Positions 24,964 through 35,646 are shown, numbered from the stretch's first letter. The stretch is 64,000 nucleotides of DNA from an uncultured delta proteobacterium (GCA_963814585.1 CAWFDF010000011.1:32001-96000), one strand, 5' to 3'. Program-made: numbers and translations. The notes: generated from the sequence alone by a model not told the origin.

Positions 24964-26175
24964 ATGCGCAAGCTCACGCTCCTCCTCCTCACCGCCGCGC
25001 TGGCCCTGCCGGGCCTGGCCGCGGCGCAGGGCGCCAGGCTGGTGGTCTGGCACGCCTACCGCGGCGGCGAGAAGGCCGCCTTCGAGAAGGTGATCGCCGC
25101 CTACAACGCCCGCCCCGGCACCAAGGTCAAGGTGGATCCGCTGGCCGTCCCCTTCGACGCCTTCGCCGACAAGGTCTCGGCGGCGGTGCCGCGCGGCAAG
25201 GGGCCGGACGTCTTCATCTACGCCCAGGATCGGATGGGGGGCTGGATCGAGGCCGGCAACACCGTCGAGCCCATCGACTTCTTCGTCGATGACGCCCTCA
25301 AGAAGAGGTTCATCCCCACCACCGTCGAGGCGCTCACCTACCGCGGCAACCTCTGGGGCCTGCCGCTCGACTACAAGGTCATCACCCTCATCTACAACAA
25401 GAAGCTGCTGGCCAGCCCCCCGAAGACCACCGCCGAGCTCACCAGGGTCGGGCAGTCGCTCACCAACAAGGCGGCCGGCAAGTTCGGCCTGGCCTGGGCC
25501 TACAACGACTTCTACTACGTGGCCTCGCTCCTCAACGGCAACGGCGGCGCGGTCTTCGGCCCCGGCACCCGGCCGACGCTCAACGCCCCGGCCAACGTCA
25601 AGGGGATGGAGCAGCTGCAGGCCTGGAACAAGGCCGGCTTCATGCCGGCCGAGCCGTCGGTGGCGCTCATCACCTCGCTCTTCAACGAGGGGAAGGCGGC
25701 CATGGTCTTCTCCGGCCCCTGGTTCCTCGGCGAGATCGCGCCGGGCGTCGACTACGGGCTGGCGCCGCTGCCCGCCATCAGCGAGGCGGGCGGGCAGCCC
25801 ATGCGGCCCTGGATGACGGTGGAGGGCGTCTTCATCGCGGCGCCGTCGAAGCAGAAGGAGGCGGCCTTCGAGTTCGTGAAGTACCTGACCGACGTCGAGG
25901 CGGCCCGGGTGCTGGCGCTGGAGGGGCGCTTCACCCCGGCGGTGAAGGCGGTCTACGACGACCCCGCGGTGGCCCGGGACGCCCAGATCTCCTCGTTCAG
26001 GAGGCAGGTGGAGGTGGCGGTGCCCATGCCGAACGTGCCCGAGATGACCATGGTCTGGTCGCCGGCCACCACCGCCCTCAACAAGATCAACGCCGGGGCC
26101 TCGCCCCGGGACGCCCTCGACGTCGCCCAGAAGGCCGTCGAGAAGGACGTCGCCGGGCTGCGCAAGGGCAAGTAG
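24964..26175 (+). CDS. malE: Maltodextrin-binding periplasmic protein
   Basis: Signal peptide, [32 protein letters not shown]alE-like motifs. Confidence 0.88.
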   Translation: MRKLTLLLLTAALALPGLAAAQGARLVVWHAYRGGEKAAFEKVIAAYNARPGTKVKVDPLAVPFDAFADKVSAAVPRGKGPDVFIYAQDRMGGWIEAGNTVEPIDFFVDDALKKRFIPTTVEALTYRGNLWGLPLDYKVITLIYNKKLLASPPKTTAELTRVGQSLTNKAAGKFGLAWAYNDFYYVASLLNGNGGAVFGPGTRPTLNAPANVKGMEQLQAWNKAGFMPAEPSVALITSLFNEGKAAMVFSGPWFLGEIAPGVDYGLAPLPAISEAGGQPMRPWMTVEGVFIAAPSKQKEAAFEFVKYLTDVEAARVLALEGRFTPAVKAVYDDPAVARDAQISSFRRQVEVAVPMPNVPEMTMVWSPATTALNKINAGASPRDALDVAQKAVEKDVAGLRKGK

Positions 26176-28114
26176 GTGGCCGCGACCCCTCCACGGCGCC
26201 TGCGCTTCGTCCTCGGCCTGGCGCTGGCCCTGGCGCTGGGGCTCGGCGGCGGATCGCTGGCCCTGCGCAGCGAGCGGTCCAGCCTGCTCGAGGAGCTGCA
26301 GGTGCGGCGCGGGATCTCCACGCTGCTGGCGCTGGAGGCGCTGGTGACGCGCGCCGGCGCGGCCTCGCGCGACCTGGTGGCCGCCTGGCAGGCCGGCCAG
26401 CCGGCCGGCACCGAGGCGCGGGTGCTGCGCCTCCAGGGGACCAGCCTGGAGGCCTCCACCGCGCCGCAGGACGTCGGCGAGCGGGCCGCGCCGCGCCGGC
26501 TCGGGCGCGAGGAGAAGCCGCTCTTCGACCGCGCCCAGCGGCTGCGCGCCGCCGTGGCCGGCAACCGCGAGGGCGGGGCCGCCAAGCCCGAGGTGGAGGT
26601 CGAGTGGCTGCCGGGCGGAGGCCTGCGCCTGGCGGCGCCGCTGGAGGAGGACGGGCAGGTGGTGGGGATGGTGCAGCTCGACCTGCCGGCCGCGCCGGCG
26701 CCGGCGCCGCTCCCCTGGTGGCCGCCGCTGGCGGTGGGCTCGGCCGTGCTGGCGCTCTTCGCGCTGCTGGTGGGGCAGCTGCCGGCCCGGGCCTGGCTGT
26801 ACGGGCTGGTCGCGGCCCTCTTCTTCGCCGCCGGGCACGCGGCGGTGGGCGCCCGGGAGGTGAATCACCTGGTGGGGGGCTACCGCATCGCGCAGGTGGC
26901 GCTGCAGGCCCATGTCGCCGGGCTGGGGCGCGAGGCGGCCGCGCTGCTGGCGGCGCGGGGGCTCCCGCCCGGGGCGCCGCTGGCCGAGGGGCGCTGGGAC
27001 GCCGACCTGCGGCGCCGGCCGCGCGGGCTGCTCGACGACCAGGGCGTGCTGCAGGAGGCGCAGGCCGTCGCCGACGCGAGGAAGGCCCGGGGGGACGCCG
27101 TGGGCGCGGTGGTGGCCGCCGGGCTGGTGGGGCTGCTGGCGCTGGTGCTGGTCGGGGCCGGGCTGGCGCGGCGGTTCGGGCGGGCGCTGGTGGTCCACCG
27201 CCAGGCCTACCGCTACGTCGCGCCGGCCATGATCGGCACCACCGTGCTGGTCTTCTTCCCGTTCGTCTACGGCATCGCGCTCAGCTTCACGAGCTCCAAC
27301 ATCTACAACACCGCCGCGCCGCTCACCGAGCTCTGGGTCGGCCTGCGCAACTACGGGGCCATCCTCTCCGACTTCGGCATCGCCCGGCGTGGGGCGGACG
27401 GCACGCTGATCTGGAACTACCTCAACTTCTACTGGACCTTCCTCTTCACGGTGGTCTGGACCATCGCCAACGTGGCCTTCGGCGTCAGCTTCGGCCTGCT
27501 GCTGGCGCTGGTGCTCAACACCAAGGGGCTGGCCTTCCGGCCCATCTACCGGGTGCTGCTGATCCTGCCCTGGGCCATGCCCAACTACATCACCGCGCTC
27601 ATCTGGCGGGGGATGTTCCACCGCCAGTTCGGGGTGGTGAACCAGGCCATGGCGATGGTCGGGCTCGAGCCCATCTCCTGGTTCGACACGCCCGTTCACC
27701 TCCTTCCTCACCGCCTACGCCACCAACGGCTGGCTCAGCTTCCCGTTCATGATGGTGGTCTCGCTGGGCGCCCTGCAGTCGATCCCGGCCGACCTCTACG
27801 AGGCGGCCCGCGTCGACGGCGCCACCCGCTGGCAGCAGTTCACCGCCATCACGCTGCCCTCGCTCAAGCCGGCGCTGGTCCCGGCGGTGATCCTCTCGGT
27901 GGTCTGGACCTTCAACATGTTCAACATCATCTTCCTGGTGACCGGCGGCGAGCCCAACGGCGCCACCGAGATCCTCATCACGCAGGCCTACAAGTTCGCC
28001 TTCCAGAAGTACCAGTACGGCTACGCGGCGGCCTACGCGACCATCATCTTCGGCATCCTGCTGGTCTACGGGAACGTCCAGAACCGGGTCACCAAGGCCA
28101 CGGAGGGTGTCTAG
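26176..28114 (+). CDS. malF: Maltodextrin ABC permease MalF-like with a large N-terminal extension; +1 frameshift about 27692
   Basis: LLILPWAMP, EAA loop (LYEAARVDGA), FNMFNII; an extra C in GCCCG splits the frames. Confidence 0.88.
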
Positions 28115-29002
28115 ATGGCGGCGACCGGCGCACGCGAGGAGAAGGTGCCGCACGGGCTGCTCCACGCCTTCCTGGTGCTGGTGGTTCTCTACACCGTCTA
28201 CCCGGTGCTCTGGGTCATCACCATCGCCTTCTCCGGGAAGCAGAGCCTGGCCATCGCCGACCTGCCGGCCGATCCCGGCTTCCTCGACCGGCTCCGCGCC
28301 GTCACCCCGTGGCCGGCCCAGTGGTCGGCGGCCAACTTCGTCTCGGTCTTCGGCGACCAGCCCTTCGCCCGCTGGGTGCTGAACAGCCTGGCGGTCTCGG
28401 TGGCCACCACGCTGGTGGGGGTCTTCCTCTCCTGCACCGCGGCCTACGCCTTCTCCCGCTTCAAGTTCCCGGGGCGGCGGGCCGGCATGATGGCCTTCCT
28501 GGTGTCGCAGATGTTCCCGGGCGTGCTCACCCTCATCCCGCTCTACATCATCATCGTGCAGTGGCTGGGGCTGGGCTCGACGCGGCTCGGCCTGATCATC
28601 GTCTACGCCACCACCTCGATCCCCTTCTCGGTCTGGATGCTGAAGGGTTACTTCGACACCATCCCCAAGGAGCTGGAGGAGGCGGCCATCATCGAGGGGG
28701 CCGGCCCGGGGATGATCTTCTGGCGCATCGTGCTGCCGCTGGCGCTGCCGGCCATCGCCATCACGGCGCTCTTCTCCTTCATGACCGCCTGGAACGAGTT
28801 CATCCTGGCCGCCACCTTCATGGACCAGGAGGAGATGTACACGGCGCCGGTGGCCCTGCGCTTCTTCGTGGGCGGCTTTCAGCAGCAGTGGGGCTTCTTC
28901 GCCGCCGGGTCGATCATCGTCTCCATCCCGGTGGTGCTGCTCTTCCTCTACCTGCAGAAGTACCTGGTGGGCGGCCTCACCGCCGGCAGCGTCAAGGGGT
29001 AG
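28115..29002 (+). CDS. malG: Maltodextrin ABC permease MalG-like
   Basis: SQMFP, KGYFDTIPKELEEAAIIEG, GLTAGSVKG. Confidence 0.92.
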   Translation: MAATGAREEKVPHGLLHAFLVLVVLYTVYPVLWVITIAFSGKQSLAIADLPADPGFLDRLRAVTPWPAQWSAANFVSVFGDQPFARWVLNSLAVSVATTLVGVFLSCTAAYAFSRFKFPGRRAGMMAFLVSQMFPGVLTLIPLYIIIVQWLGLGSTRLGLIIVYATTSIPFSVWMLKGYFDTIPKELEEAAIIEGAGPGMIFWRIVLPLALPAIAITALFSFMTAWNEFILAATFMDQEEMYTAPVALRFFVGGFQQQWGFFAAGSIIVSIPVVLLFLYLQKYLVGGLTAGSVKG

Positions 29003-30251
29003 ACGGCCCTGGCGCAGGCGCCGGGCCGGGGGCGGGCGAGGTGGCCGGAGGGGCCGGTGGGGGCGGGCCCGGGGCCGTCGCGGGGGGGTCGAAGCGGACG
29101 CGCGCGCCGGCGGTGACCTGCCCGGCTCCCTCGACCACGCTGGCCACCGCCCCCTGGTCCAGCACCTGCACCACCACCAGGCGGGCCACCGGCTCGCCCC
29201 GGGGCCCCAGCACCTGGCCGAGCTGCATGGGCTGGAGCTCCTTCACCGGACCGGCCACGGTGACCATGGAGCCGGAGACGTCGACCACCGTGAAGGGGGC
29301 CTTCGAGGGCGCGGCAGGCGCGGCGTCCTGCGAGGGGCGCGGCGCCGGCGCCGGCCCGGGCGGCCGGGCGTAGACGAAGGGGACCTGGGCCCACGTCCCG
29401 CCCGCCGTCCGGTAGGAGCCCAGCACCTCGCCCTGGTCGACGCCGGCCGGCAGGAGCACGTCCACCACGCGCGGGAAGGCGTCTCCCGGGGGGGCGCCGC
29501 CGAAGGTCCAGGCCTCGCGCAGCGAGAGGACGGGCATGGTGAAGGCGTCGGCCTCGAAGCCGCCGGTGAGCCGGTCGACGGCCTTGAGGTTCCGCTCCCA
29601 GGTGGCCCCGGAGACGTGGACCGAGTAGCCCCAGTCCGAGGTGGGGAGGCCGCCCAGCTGGTCGGCCGGGATGCGGGCGACCAGGGTCCGCCCCCGCAGC
29701 TGCAGCCGGTCCGGGAAGATCATCCTGCGGGAGGCGGCGGGGAGGGCCCAGGCGGTCACCTCCTCGGCGAGGCCCGGCTGCGGCGTGAGGATCACCGCCC
29801 GCTTCCAGGTGCGCCCGCCGGCGAAGGCGACGCGGCGGCCGGGCACGCAGGCGGTGTGGCCCTCCGGCGAGTCCGGGTCGGTGTCGAGGTAGATGTCGAC
29901 GTTCTGCAGGTAGAGGTTGTTCCAGAGGCGGGCCGGCGTGGAGTTGAGCCGGTGGAGGTCCTGCGGCACCCGGATGTCGGCGCCCAGCGTGACCTCGAAG
30001 AGGACGTCGTCGCCGTCCACCAGCACGGCGAGGCGCCGCAGGTCGAAGTCGCCGGGCTGGAACTGGGTGTCGCCGGGCGGCTCGTAGCTGCCGGGGCCCC
30101 GGGCGTCGTCGCGGGCGTCCTCGAAGGCGGCCACCAGGCGCGGTCCGGCGCGGGCCGGTTCACCCGGGCCGGTCGCGGTGCCGGGGGCGGCGCAGCCGAG
30201 CGCGGCGGCAAGGGACGCGGACGCCAGCACGAGGAGGGTGGTGCCACGCAT
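28992..30251 (-). CDS. Lipoprotein with glucodextranase C-terminal DOMON-like domain, Pro linker and C-terminal beta domain
   Basis: Lipobox ALGC; DARDDARGPGSYEPP…GDFDL…QNVDIYLD motif. Confidence 0.75.
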   Translation of the reverse strand: MRGTTLLVLASASLAAALGCAAPGTATGPGEPARAGPRLVAAFEDARDDARGPGSYEPPGDTQFQPGDFDLRRLAVLVDGDDVLFEVTLGADIRVPQDLHRLNSTPARLWNNLYLQNVDIYLDTDPDSPEGHTACVPGRRVAFAGGRTWKRAVILTPQPGLAEEVTAWALPAASRRMIFPDRLQLRGRTLVARIPADQLGGLPTSDWGYSVHVSGATWERNLKAVDRLTGGFEADAFTMPVLSLREAWTFGGAPPGDAFPRVVDVLLPAGVDQGEVLGSYRTAGGTWAQVPFVYARPPGPAPAPRPSQDAAPAAPSKAPFTVVDVSGSMVTVAGPVKELQPMQLGQVLGPRGEPVARLVVVQVLDQGAVASVVEGAGQVTAGARVRFDPPATAPGPPPPAPPATSPAPGPAPAPGPSTP

Positions 30252-30319
30252 GGGGACTCCGGACAAGAAGAGGGCCGGCGGGAGATTGCCCCGCCGGCCC
30301 AGGATACGGCGGATGTGGA

Positions 30320-31309
30320 TCAGTTGCAGGTGGTGGCAGGAGCGATTGGCGGGGCGACGACGTAGGTGTTCAGGTCGCCGGCCGCCTGCTTCACGACGGT
30401 GGCCGGCGTCCAGGCGGCAGCGCCGCTGAGCTTGGTGGCCGCGGTCACGCCCGTGGTCGGGGGGCCGCCGGTGCCGACCTTGTACTCCTTGGAGGTCGTG
30501 CCGTCGGCCGCGTAGAAGACGAAGACGAACTGCGGGCTGGCACAGGAGCCGAGCAGGCCGGTGTGGTAAAGCTGGTTGCCCGCGCCCGCGGCGGCCGAGA
30601 GGGTGAAGCTGTAGACACCGCCGGCGGCGGTGGTGGCGACCTCGTACCAGCCCCACCCCGACCCCTTCACCTTGATGCCACCGGCGAAGTCCCAGGGCGC
30701 CGGCGTGCAGGGCGCCGGTGAGCAGGTGTTCGGCTCCAGGTTGGCGGTGTCGAGGGTGAGCTGCAGGTCGGTGGTGCCGAACGTGTCGAGCACCAGGGGG
30801 GAGGCGGTGATGGCGGCCGTGGCGCCCGCCGCGACGGCGAAGGTGCCGTTGGAGCCCTTCCAGATCCAGCCGTCGCCGAAGGCGTGGTCGATCATGCCGT
30901 ACTCGTAGGTGGTCGTCCCGCTGGCCGGCGGGTAGACGAAGATGGTGGCGCCGAACACGCCGTCGCCGGCGGCCTCGCCGGCCCCTTCGTGGCCACCCGC
31001 GGTCCACGGGCCATCGTCGTAGAGCGGGGCGTGCGGGCCGTTGCCGCCGTTCCAGTCGCCGGCGTGGAAGGCCACCCGGGTGACGGCGTCATACATGAAC
31101 GAGCCCTTCCACTGGGCCTCGCCGGCCTTGTAGACGTCGTTCGGGTCGGTCATCGAGATGGAGACCGGGACGGTGCAGGGGGGGATCTTGTTGGTCTGCC
31201 AGGCCGAGGCCTTGCAGTTGGGGTCGGCATACGGCGTGGTGTCGGTTTCGTCGCTGCAGGCCACCAGGCCGAGCGAGGCCAGGGCGGCGAGTACCAGGAT
31301 GCGCTTCAT
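30320..31309 (-). CDS. Surface lipoprotein with choice-of-anchor-X/CBM-like domain(s)
   Basis: MKRILVLAALASLGLVAC lipobox; PLYDDGP…AGDGVFG motif; Trp/Cys-rich. Confidence 0.65.
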   Translation of the reverse strand: MKRILVLAALASLGLVACSDETDTTPYADPNCKASAWQTNKIPPCTVPVSISMTDPNDVYKAGEAQWKGSFMYDAVTRVAFHAGDWNGGNGPHAPLYDDGPWTAGGHEGAGEAAGDGVFGATIFVYPPASGTTTYEYGMIDHAFGDGWIWKGSNGTFAVAAGATAAITASPLVLDTFGTTDLQLTLDTANLEPNTCSPAPCTPAPWDFAGGIKVKGSGWGWYEVATTAAGGVYSFTLSAAAGAGNQLYHTGLLGSCASPQFVFVFYAADGTTSKEYKVGTGGPPTTGVTAATKLSGAAAWTPATVVKQAAGDLNTYVVAPPIAPATTCN

Positions 31310-31366
31310 GGGGTGCTGCTCCTTTCGACTTCGAGGACGCCCGGTCACCGACCCGGGCGCTGGTGG

Positions 31367-32767
31367 TCATGGGCCCGTGCAAGCCACGGTGAGGGGCCCC
31401 ACGGACGTCGGCGTGTGCCAGGTTGAAGCGCACAGGCACATGCTGGCGTCCGCGAACTTCTGCTCGTGGACCTCCGGCGCGCCGCACTGCCCGCCGTGCA
31501 GGTCGGTGGTCCAGGTGATGACGTTGCCGGACAGGCTGCCGTTGAGGTTGGCCTTGTCCTTGTTGGTGGCCTCGTCGCCGAAGACGTCGCGGCGGTAGAC
31601 GAAGTTGTCGCCGCCCACGTCGACGACCTCGAGGAGCCGGGAGTTGCCGGGCCACTCCTCGCTGCCGGTCCAGGGGGCGCCGCGGGTTCCCCACGTGTAC
31701 TTGTAGCCGAGGCGGATGCCGCGCGGCATGTCGACGGTGAGGGTCCAGACGTTGTCGTTGGCCTTCTCGTCGCCGTTGGTGCCGTCGTCGTACATGGGGA
31801 TGGTGTTGGGGACGCCGTTGCCGAGCGGCAGGGCCCACTGCGGCTCCTGGTTCGGGGAGTCGGCGTGGATCCAGCCCACGAAGAACATCTGCTTGCCGGG
31901 CTTGTCGGTGGCCCACTTGAAGCGGTTCACCACCCCGCAGTTGCCGTCCTGCCCGCCGGGTCGGAAGTCGGCCGTGAAGAGGACGCGGACCCGGGCCGGA
32001 TCCCCGCAGCCGTCCGGCTGGTAGAGCTGGGCCACCGCCGCCAGCTGGGCGTCGAAGTCGCCGCTGGTGGACTCCCGGACGCCGTCGCCGTCGTAGTCGA
32101 GCGGGTTCTGGAGGAGGAAGTTGGCGCCGAGCGGGCTGGCGGTCACCGCCCAGGAGCCGTTCAGCACCGGGATCCCGAAGAAGTCGGGATCGAGGGCGGT
32201 CGAGGCGGTGTTGCTGCGGGTCAGGACCCGCTCCACCATGGCCAGCAGCAGCTGGGCCGGCGTGCCGGCGGTGGCCATGTCGCGACGGATGAGGGTGCGG
32301 GTGCCGTTGCTGACCCCGTCGCCGACGTAGGCCGGCGGGTTGAGCTGCGCGAACTTCTTCCCCTCGGCGCTCAGCCAGGCCTCGACGATGAGCGTCTCGG
32401 TGACGTTGGCGGCGTCGAGGTCGACCTGGCTGGCCGTCGACTCCTCCCCCACCTCGGGGACCAGCGCCCGCCAGACGGTGTTGCCGCCGCGGGCCTGGAC
32501 CCGCAGGAACGAGTAGCCGGCCGAGGGGAGCCGGGCCTGGTAGCTGGGTGGGGCCCCGCCGGCCTCCAGCCAGAAGGGGGCGACGGCGTTGCCGTCGCCG
32601 TCGAGCACCACCAGCTGCGCCGGCGTGACGCCGTCGTAGGCCGCGCCGGTGATGGTGGAGGCCGGCCGATCGTAGGGCTGGTGGGCCAGGCCGGAGAAGA
32701 GGTTCTCGAGCCCGCAGCCGGTGAGGGCCGAGAGCAGGACGATGCCGACGGGAATGAGTGTGCGCAT
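31367..32767 (-). CDS. Lipoprotein with C-terminal CBM20-like/choice-of-anchor-X domain
   Basis: Lipobox LTGC; FVGW…LGNGVPN…MYDDGTNGDEKANDNVWTLTVDMPRGIRLGYKY. Confidence 0.65.
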   Translation of the reverse strand: MRTLIPVGIVLLSALTGCGLENLFSGLAHQPYDRPASTITGAAYDGVTPAQLVVLDGDGNAVAPFWLEAGGAPPSYQARLPSAGYSFLRVQARGGNTVWRALVPEVGEESTASQVDLDAANVTETLIVEAWLSAEGKKFAQLNPPAYVGDGVSNGTRTLIRRDMATAGTPAQLLLAMVERVLTRSNTASTALDPDFFGIPVLNGSWAVTASPLGANFLLQNPLDYDGDGVRESTSGDFDAQLAAVAQLYQPDGCGDPARVRVLFTADFRPGGQDGNCGVVNRFKWATDKPGKQMFFVGWIHADSPNQEPQWALPLGNGVPNTIPMYDDGTNGDEKANDNVWTLTVDMPRGIRLGYKYTWGTRGAPWTGSEEWPGNSRLLEVVDVGGDNFVYRRDVFGDEATNKDKANLNGSLSGNVITWTTDLHGGQCGAPEVHEQKFADASMCLCASTWHTPTSVGPLTVACTGP

Positions 32768-34743
32768 CACCACGCCACCTCGAACGTCGCCTTGGACCGC
32801 CAGACGTTCCACACCTGGTTGTAGTTGGCCGCCGGATCGCGGAGCAGATCCTTGTGGAAGTACTCGATCATGTAGCTGAGGTTCGCGCCGCCGAAGAGGT
32901 AGGTGAGGCCGCCGCGCGCGGTGTGACGCTTGGTGTCGTCGTCGTAGTAGCCGCCGGTCTGGGAGCCGACCCGGTTGGCCTCCGTCCACGAGGAGTACTC
33001 GTACCCCAGCGTGGTCTTGAGCTCGTTGGTGGGCTGCAGCGCCAGGACGCCGTAGACCAGGAAGGCGTCGCCGACGTAGTCGTCGCCGGTGGGGTCCTTG
33101 GCGGTGGCGCCGGGGGGGACGTAGTTCTTGTTGCGGCCGTCGACGTCGTGGACGTACTTGACCTTGGCGAGCACGGAGGCGCCCGACCAGAAGGGCAGGG
33201 CGTACTGGGCATTGAGGACGCCGAGGTAGGTGGAGCGGTCCTGGAACTCGGCGTAGACGCTGCGGGGGTCCTTGCCGCGGGCGTAGACGTTGGCGTAGTC
33301 GGCGGCGGCGGTGAAGGCGGTCGTGTCGGTGAACCCGTTGGTGTAGAGGAAGTCCGGGTACTGGTTCTTGGTGTCGCGCCCCTGGGCGTTGGTGGCGTAG
33401 CCGATGAAGGTCCCCTCGGCGGTCAGCTTGAGCGGGCCGGAGACGTACTCGAGCAGCGCGGTGGCGCCCTGCCAGCCGATGCACGACTCGTACCAGGGCT
33501 CGTCGAAGTCCTGGAACTCGTTGGCGATGTTGAGGGTGGGCAGCTGGCCGCCGCGGGTGAAGCCGCCGGTGATGATGCCGTCGGTGAGCAGCACGTCGGC
33601 CTCGCGGCGCGAGCCCATCACGGCGTTGTACTCGGCGCCGATGTAGAAGCCCTCGACCTTGAGCGAGAGGCCGAACTGGAACGGGTCGATGAACTCCACC
33701 AGCGCCTTGGCGGCGAAGTCGTTGGAGGCGACCGGGTTGCCCTGCGCGTCGGTCTTGAAGACCACCGGCGAGAACCCCTGCCCGTTGGTCACCTGGTTGG
33801 TGGCGTACTCCGGGTTGACGTCGTTGGAGGAGTAGGCCACCAGCCCCGAGACCGCGATCCAGTCCATCGAGGACGGGTTCCAGGCGCCGTCGAGGGTGAC
33901 GTTGATGCCGCGGAAGCGGGAGTCGAGCTGCACCGAGTGGTCGGCCCCACGGGCGGCGGAGGCGTCCCCGGTGAGCATGGGGCTGTACTTGTCGGCCTCC
34001 CAGTCCTGGATCACGCTGCCGATCAGCTTGAAGCGCAGGTCGTCGGTGGGCCGGCTCTCCAGCTTGAGGGCGAAGGCCCAGTCGGTGCCGTAGAGGTAGG
34101 CCTTCGGGTCGTTGTAGGAGAGGCCGGTCTGCCAGCCCGGGCCGGCCCAGAGCTTGGGGAGGGCCATGGCGCCGGTGGCGTAGGTCAGCCTCCCGCCCGA
34201 GAGCGCCTCGCCCTCGACGAAGAGGCCGGTGCCGTTGTCGCGGTCGATGTAGCGGGCCTTGCCGATGGTCCACTCGTTCCACATCGAGTAGTCGGTGGAG
34301 CCGATGGTGATCCACTTCACGGTGGGGATGGGCGGCGCCGCCCTCACCCAGGCCCCGCGCAGCTTGATGTAGGCGGCGTGGTTCATGCCCAGGCTCTCGC
34401 CCGAGGTGTCGTAGACGCCCGGCTTCAGGTCGCCGTTCTCCCACCAGTCCTGCCACATCATGCCCCAGCGGCTCTGCAGCCGGACGCCGGCGGTGACCCT
34501 GGGGCTGATCTTCCCCTTGATCAGCAGCTCGAACTCGGTGCAGGCGCCGTTGTGGCCCTGGATGTTGTCCACCCAGAACGGGTTGGACATGGACAGGCAG
34601 CCCTGGGTGTTGTCGTTCTGGTACATGTACTTCGTGTAGATCTTGCCGCTCAGGTCGAAGGCGCCCATGTCGGCGCGCGCCAGCGGCGCCGCCAGCAGGA
34701 GCAGGACCGCGATCAGGGCACTCTGGAGTGGTGACCTCGTCAT
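32767..34743 (-). CDS. Putative outer-membrane beta-barrel protein (about 658 aa)
   Basis: Signal peptide ending ARA; alternating amphipathic strands; C-terminal ATFEVAW aromatic terminus. Confidence 0.7.
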   Translation of the reverse strand: MTRSPLQSALIAVLLLLAAPLARADMGAFDLSGKIYTKYMYQNDNTQGCLSMSNPFWVDNIQGHNGACTEFELLIKGKISPRVTAGVRLQSRWGMMWQDWWENGDLKPGVYDTSGESLGMNHAAYIKLRGAWVRAAPPIPTVKWITIGSTDYSMWNEWTIGKARYIDRDNGTGLFVEGEALSGGRLTYATGAMALPKLWAGPGWQTGLSYNDPKAYLYGTDWAFALKLESRPTDDLRFKLIGSVIQDWEADKYSPMLTGDASAARGADHSVQLDSRFRGINVTLDGAWNPSSMDWIAVSGLVAYSSNDVNPEYATNQVTNGQGFSPVVFKTDAQGNPVASNDFAAKALVEFIDPFQFGLSLKVEGFYIGAEYNAVMGSRREADVLLTDGIITGGFTRGGQLPTLNIANEFQDFDEPWYESCIGWQGATALLEYVSGPLKLTAEGTFIGYATNAQGRDTKNQYPDFLYTNGFTDTTAFTAAADYANVYARGKDPRSVYAEFQDRSTYLGVLNAQYALPFWSGASVLAKVKYVHDVDGRNKNYVPPGATAKDPTGDDYVGDAFLVYGVLALQPTNELKTTLGYEYSSWTEANRVGSQTGGYYDDDTKRHTARGGLTYLFGGANLSYMIEYFHKDLLRDPAANYNQVWNVWRSKATFEVAW

Positions 34744-34751
34744 GGTGACCT

Positions 34752-35621
34752 TCACTTGGCGCAGGGGTAGACCAGCGGGACCACGGCCAGGTCCTCGGGC
34801 TTCACCGCGGTGGTGGCCGCCTTGTTGAACTTCGAGAGGAGCTCGTACTGCTTCGCGGCCGGATCGCCACCGGGCGGCACGAGGAGGTCGACGACGTGCG
34901 GGTCGTTGTCGAAGTCGGTGCCGCCGCCGAAGCGGTGCTGCCCCTCGAACTCGTTGACCTTGCGGGTGAGCAGGTCGGTCTTGTCGGGGAAGCCCTCGTT
35001 CGACTGCATGAGCACCTGGTAGCCCCAGCCGGCCTGCGGCGGGCCACCCAGCGCCTTGACGTCGACCACGGCGATGAGCGTCCGTCCCTGGGCCCGGGTC
35101 ACCTTGGGGACGATGATGCGATCCTTCCACTGCGGGCACTTCGAGTCGATCTCGGAGTTCACCCGGGTCGGCCCCTGCGGCGAGATGATGACCACCTTGT
35201 CCCAGGCCTGGTCCTCGGCGAAGCGCACGTTGAAGCCGGGCAGGCCGGCGGTGACGCCGCTCCCCTTGGCGTGGTCGGTGTCGAGGTGGATGGCCGCCAT
35301 CTGCACCGAGAAGCCGTTGCCGCCCCAGGCGGCGCTGTCCCACGGGTCCTCGATGCGCGACTTGACCGTGACCCTGAACTCGACGGTGTCGCCGGTCGGG
35401 ACCACCTCGAGCTCGGTGATGTCGAAGGAGCCGGGCCGGTAGACGGCGTCGGTCGGGTAGAGGTAGTTGCCCGGCCCCTTGTCGTCGCCGGCCGGGTCGG
35501 GGAACTTGAAGCCGCTCTTGGCGGTGCAGGCCACCGCGGGGTCGGCGGCCAGGGCGGCCAGCGGCGCCAGCAGGGCGGCCAGCGCGACGGCAGAGAGCAA
35601 GCGAACGGGCGACGTGGTCAT
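34752..35621 (-). CDS. Secreted stand-alone glucodextranase DOMON-like domain protein
   Basis: Signal peptide; DPAGDDKGPGNYLYPTD…GSFDI…NGFSVQ…IHLD. Confidence 0.8.
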   Translation of the reverse strand: MTTSPVRLLSAVALAALLAPLAALAADPAVACTAKSGFKFPDPAGDDKGPGNYLYPTDAVYRPGSFDITELEVVPTGDTVEFRVTVKSRIEDPWDSAAWGGNGFSVQMAAIHLDTDHAKGSGVTAGLPGFNVRFAEDQAWDKVVIISPQGPTRVNSEIDSKCPQWKDRIIVPKVTRAQGRTLIAVVDVKALGGPPQAGWGYQVLMQSNEGFPDKTDLLTRKVNEFEGQHRFGGGTDFDNDPHVVDLLVPPGGDPAAKQYELLSKFNKAATTAVKPEDLAVVPLVYPCAK

Positions 35622-35646
35622 GTCGGGGTCTCCGTGAGCTTCGGGT

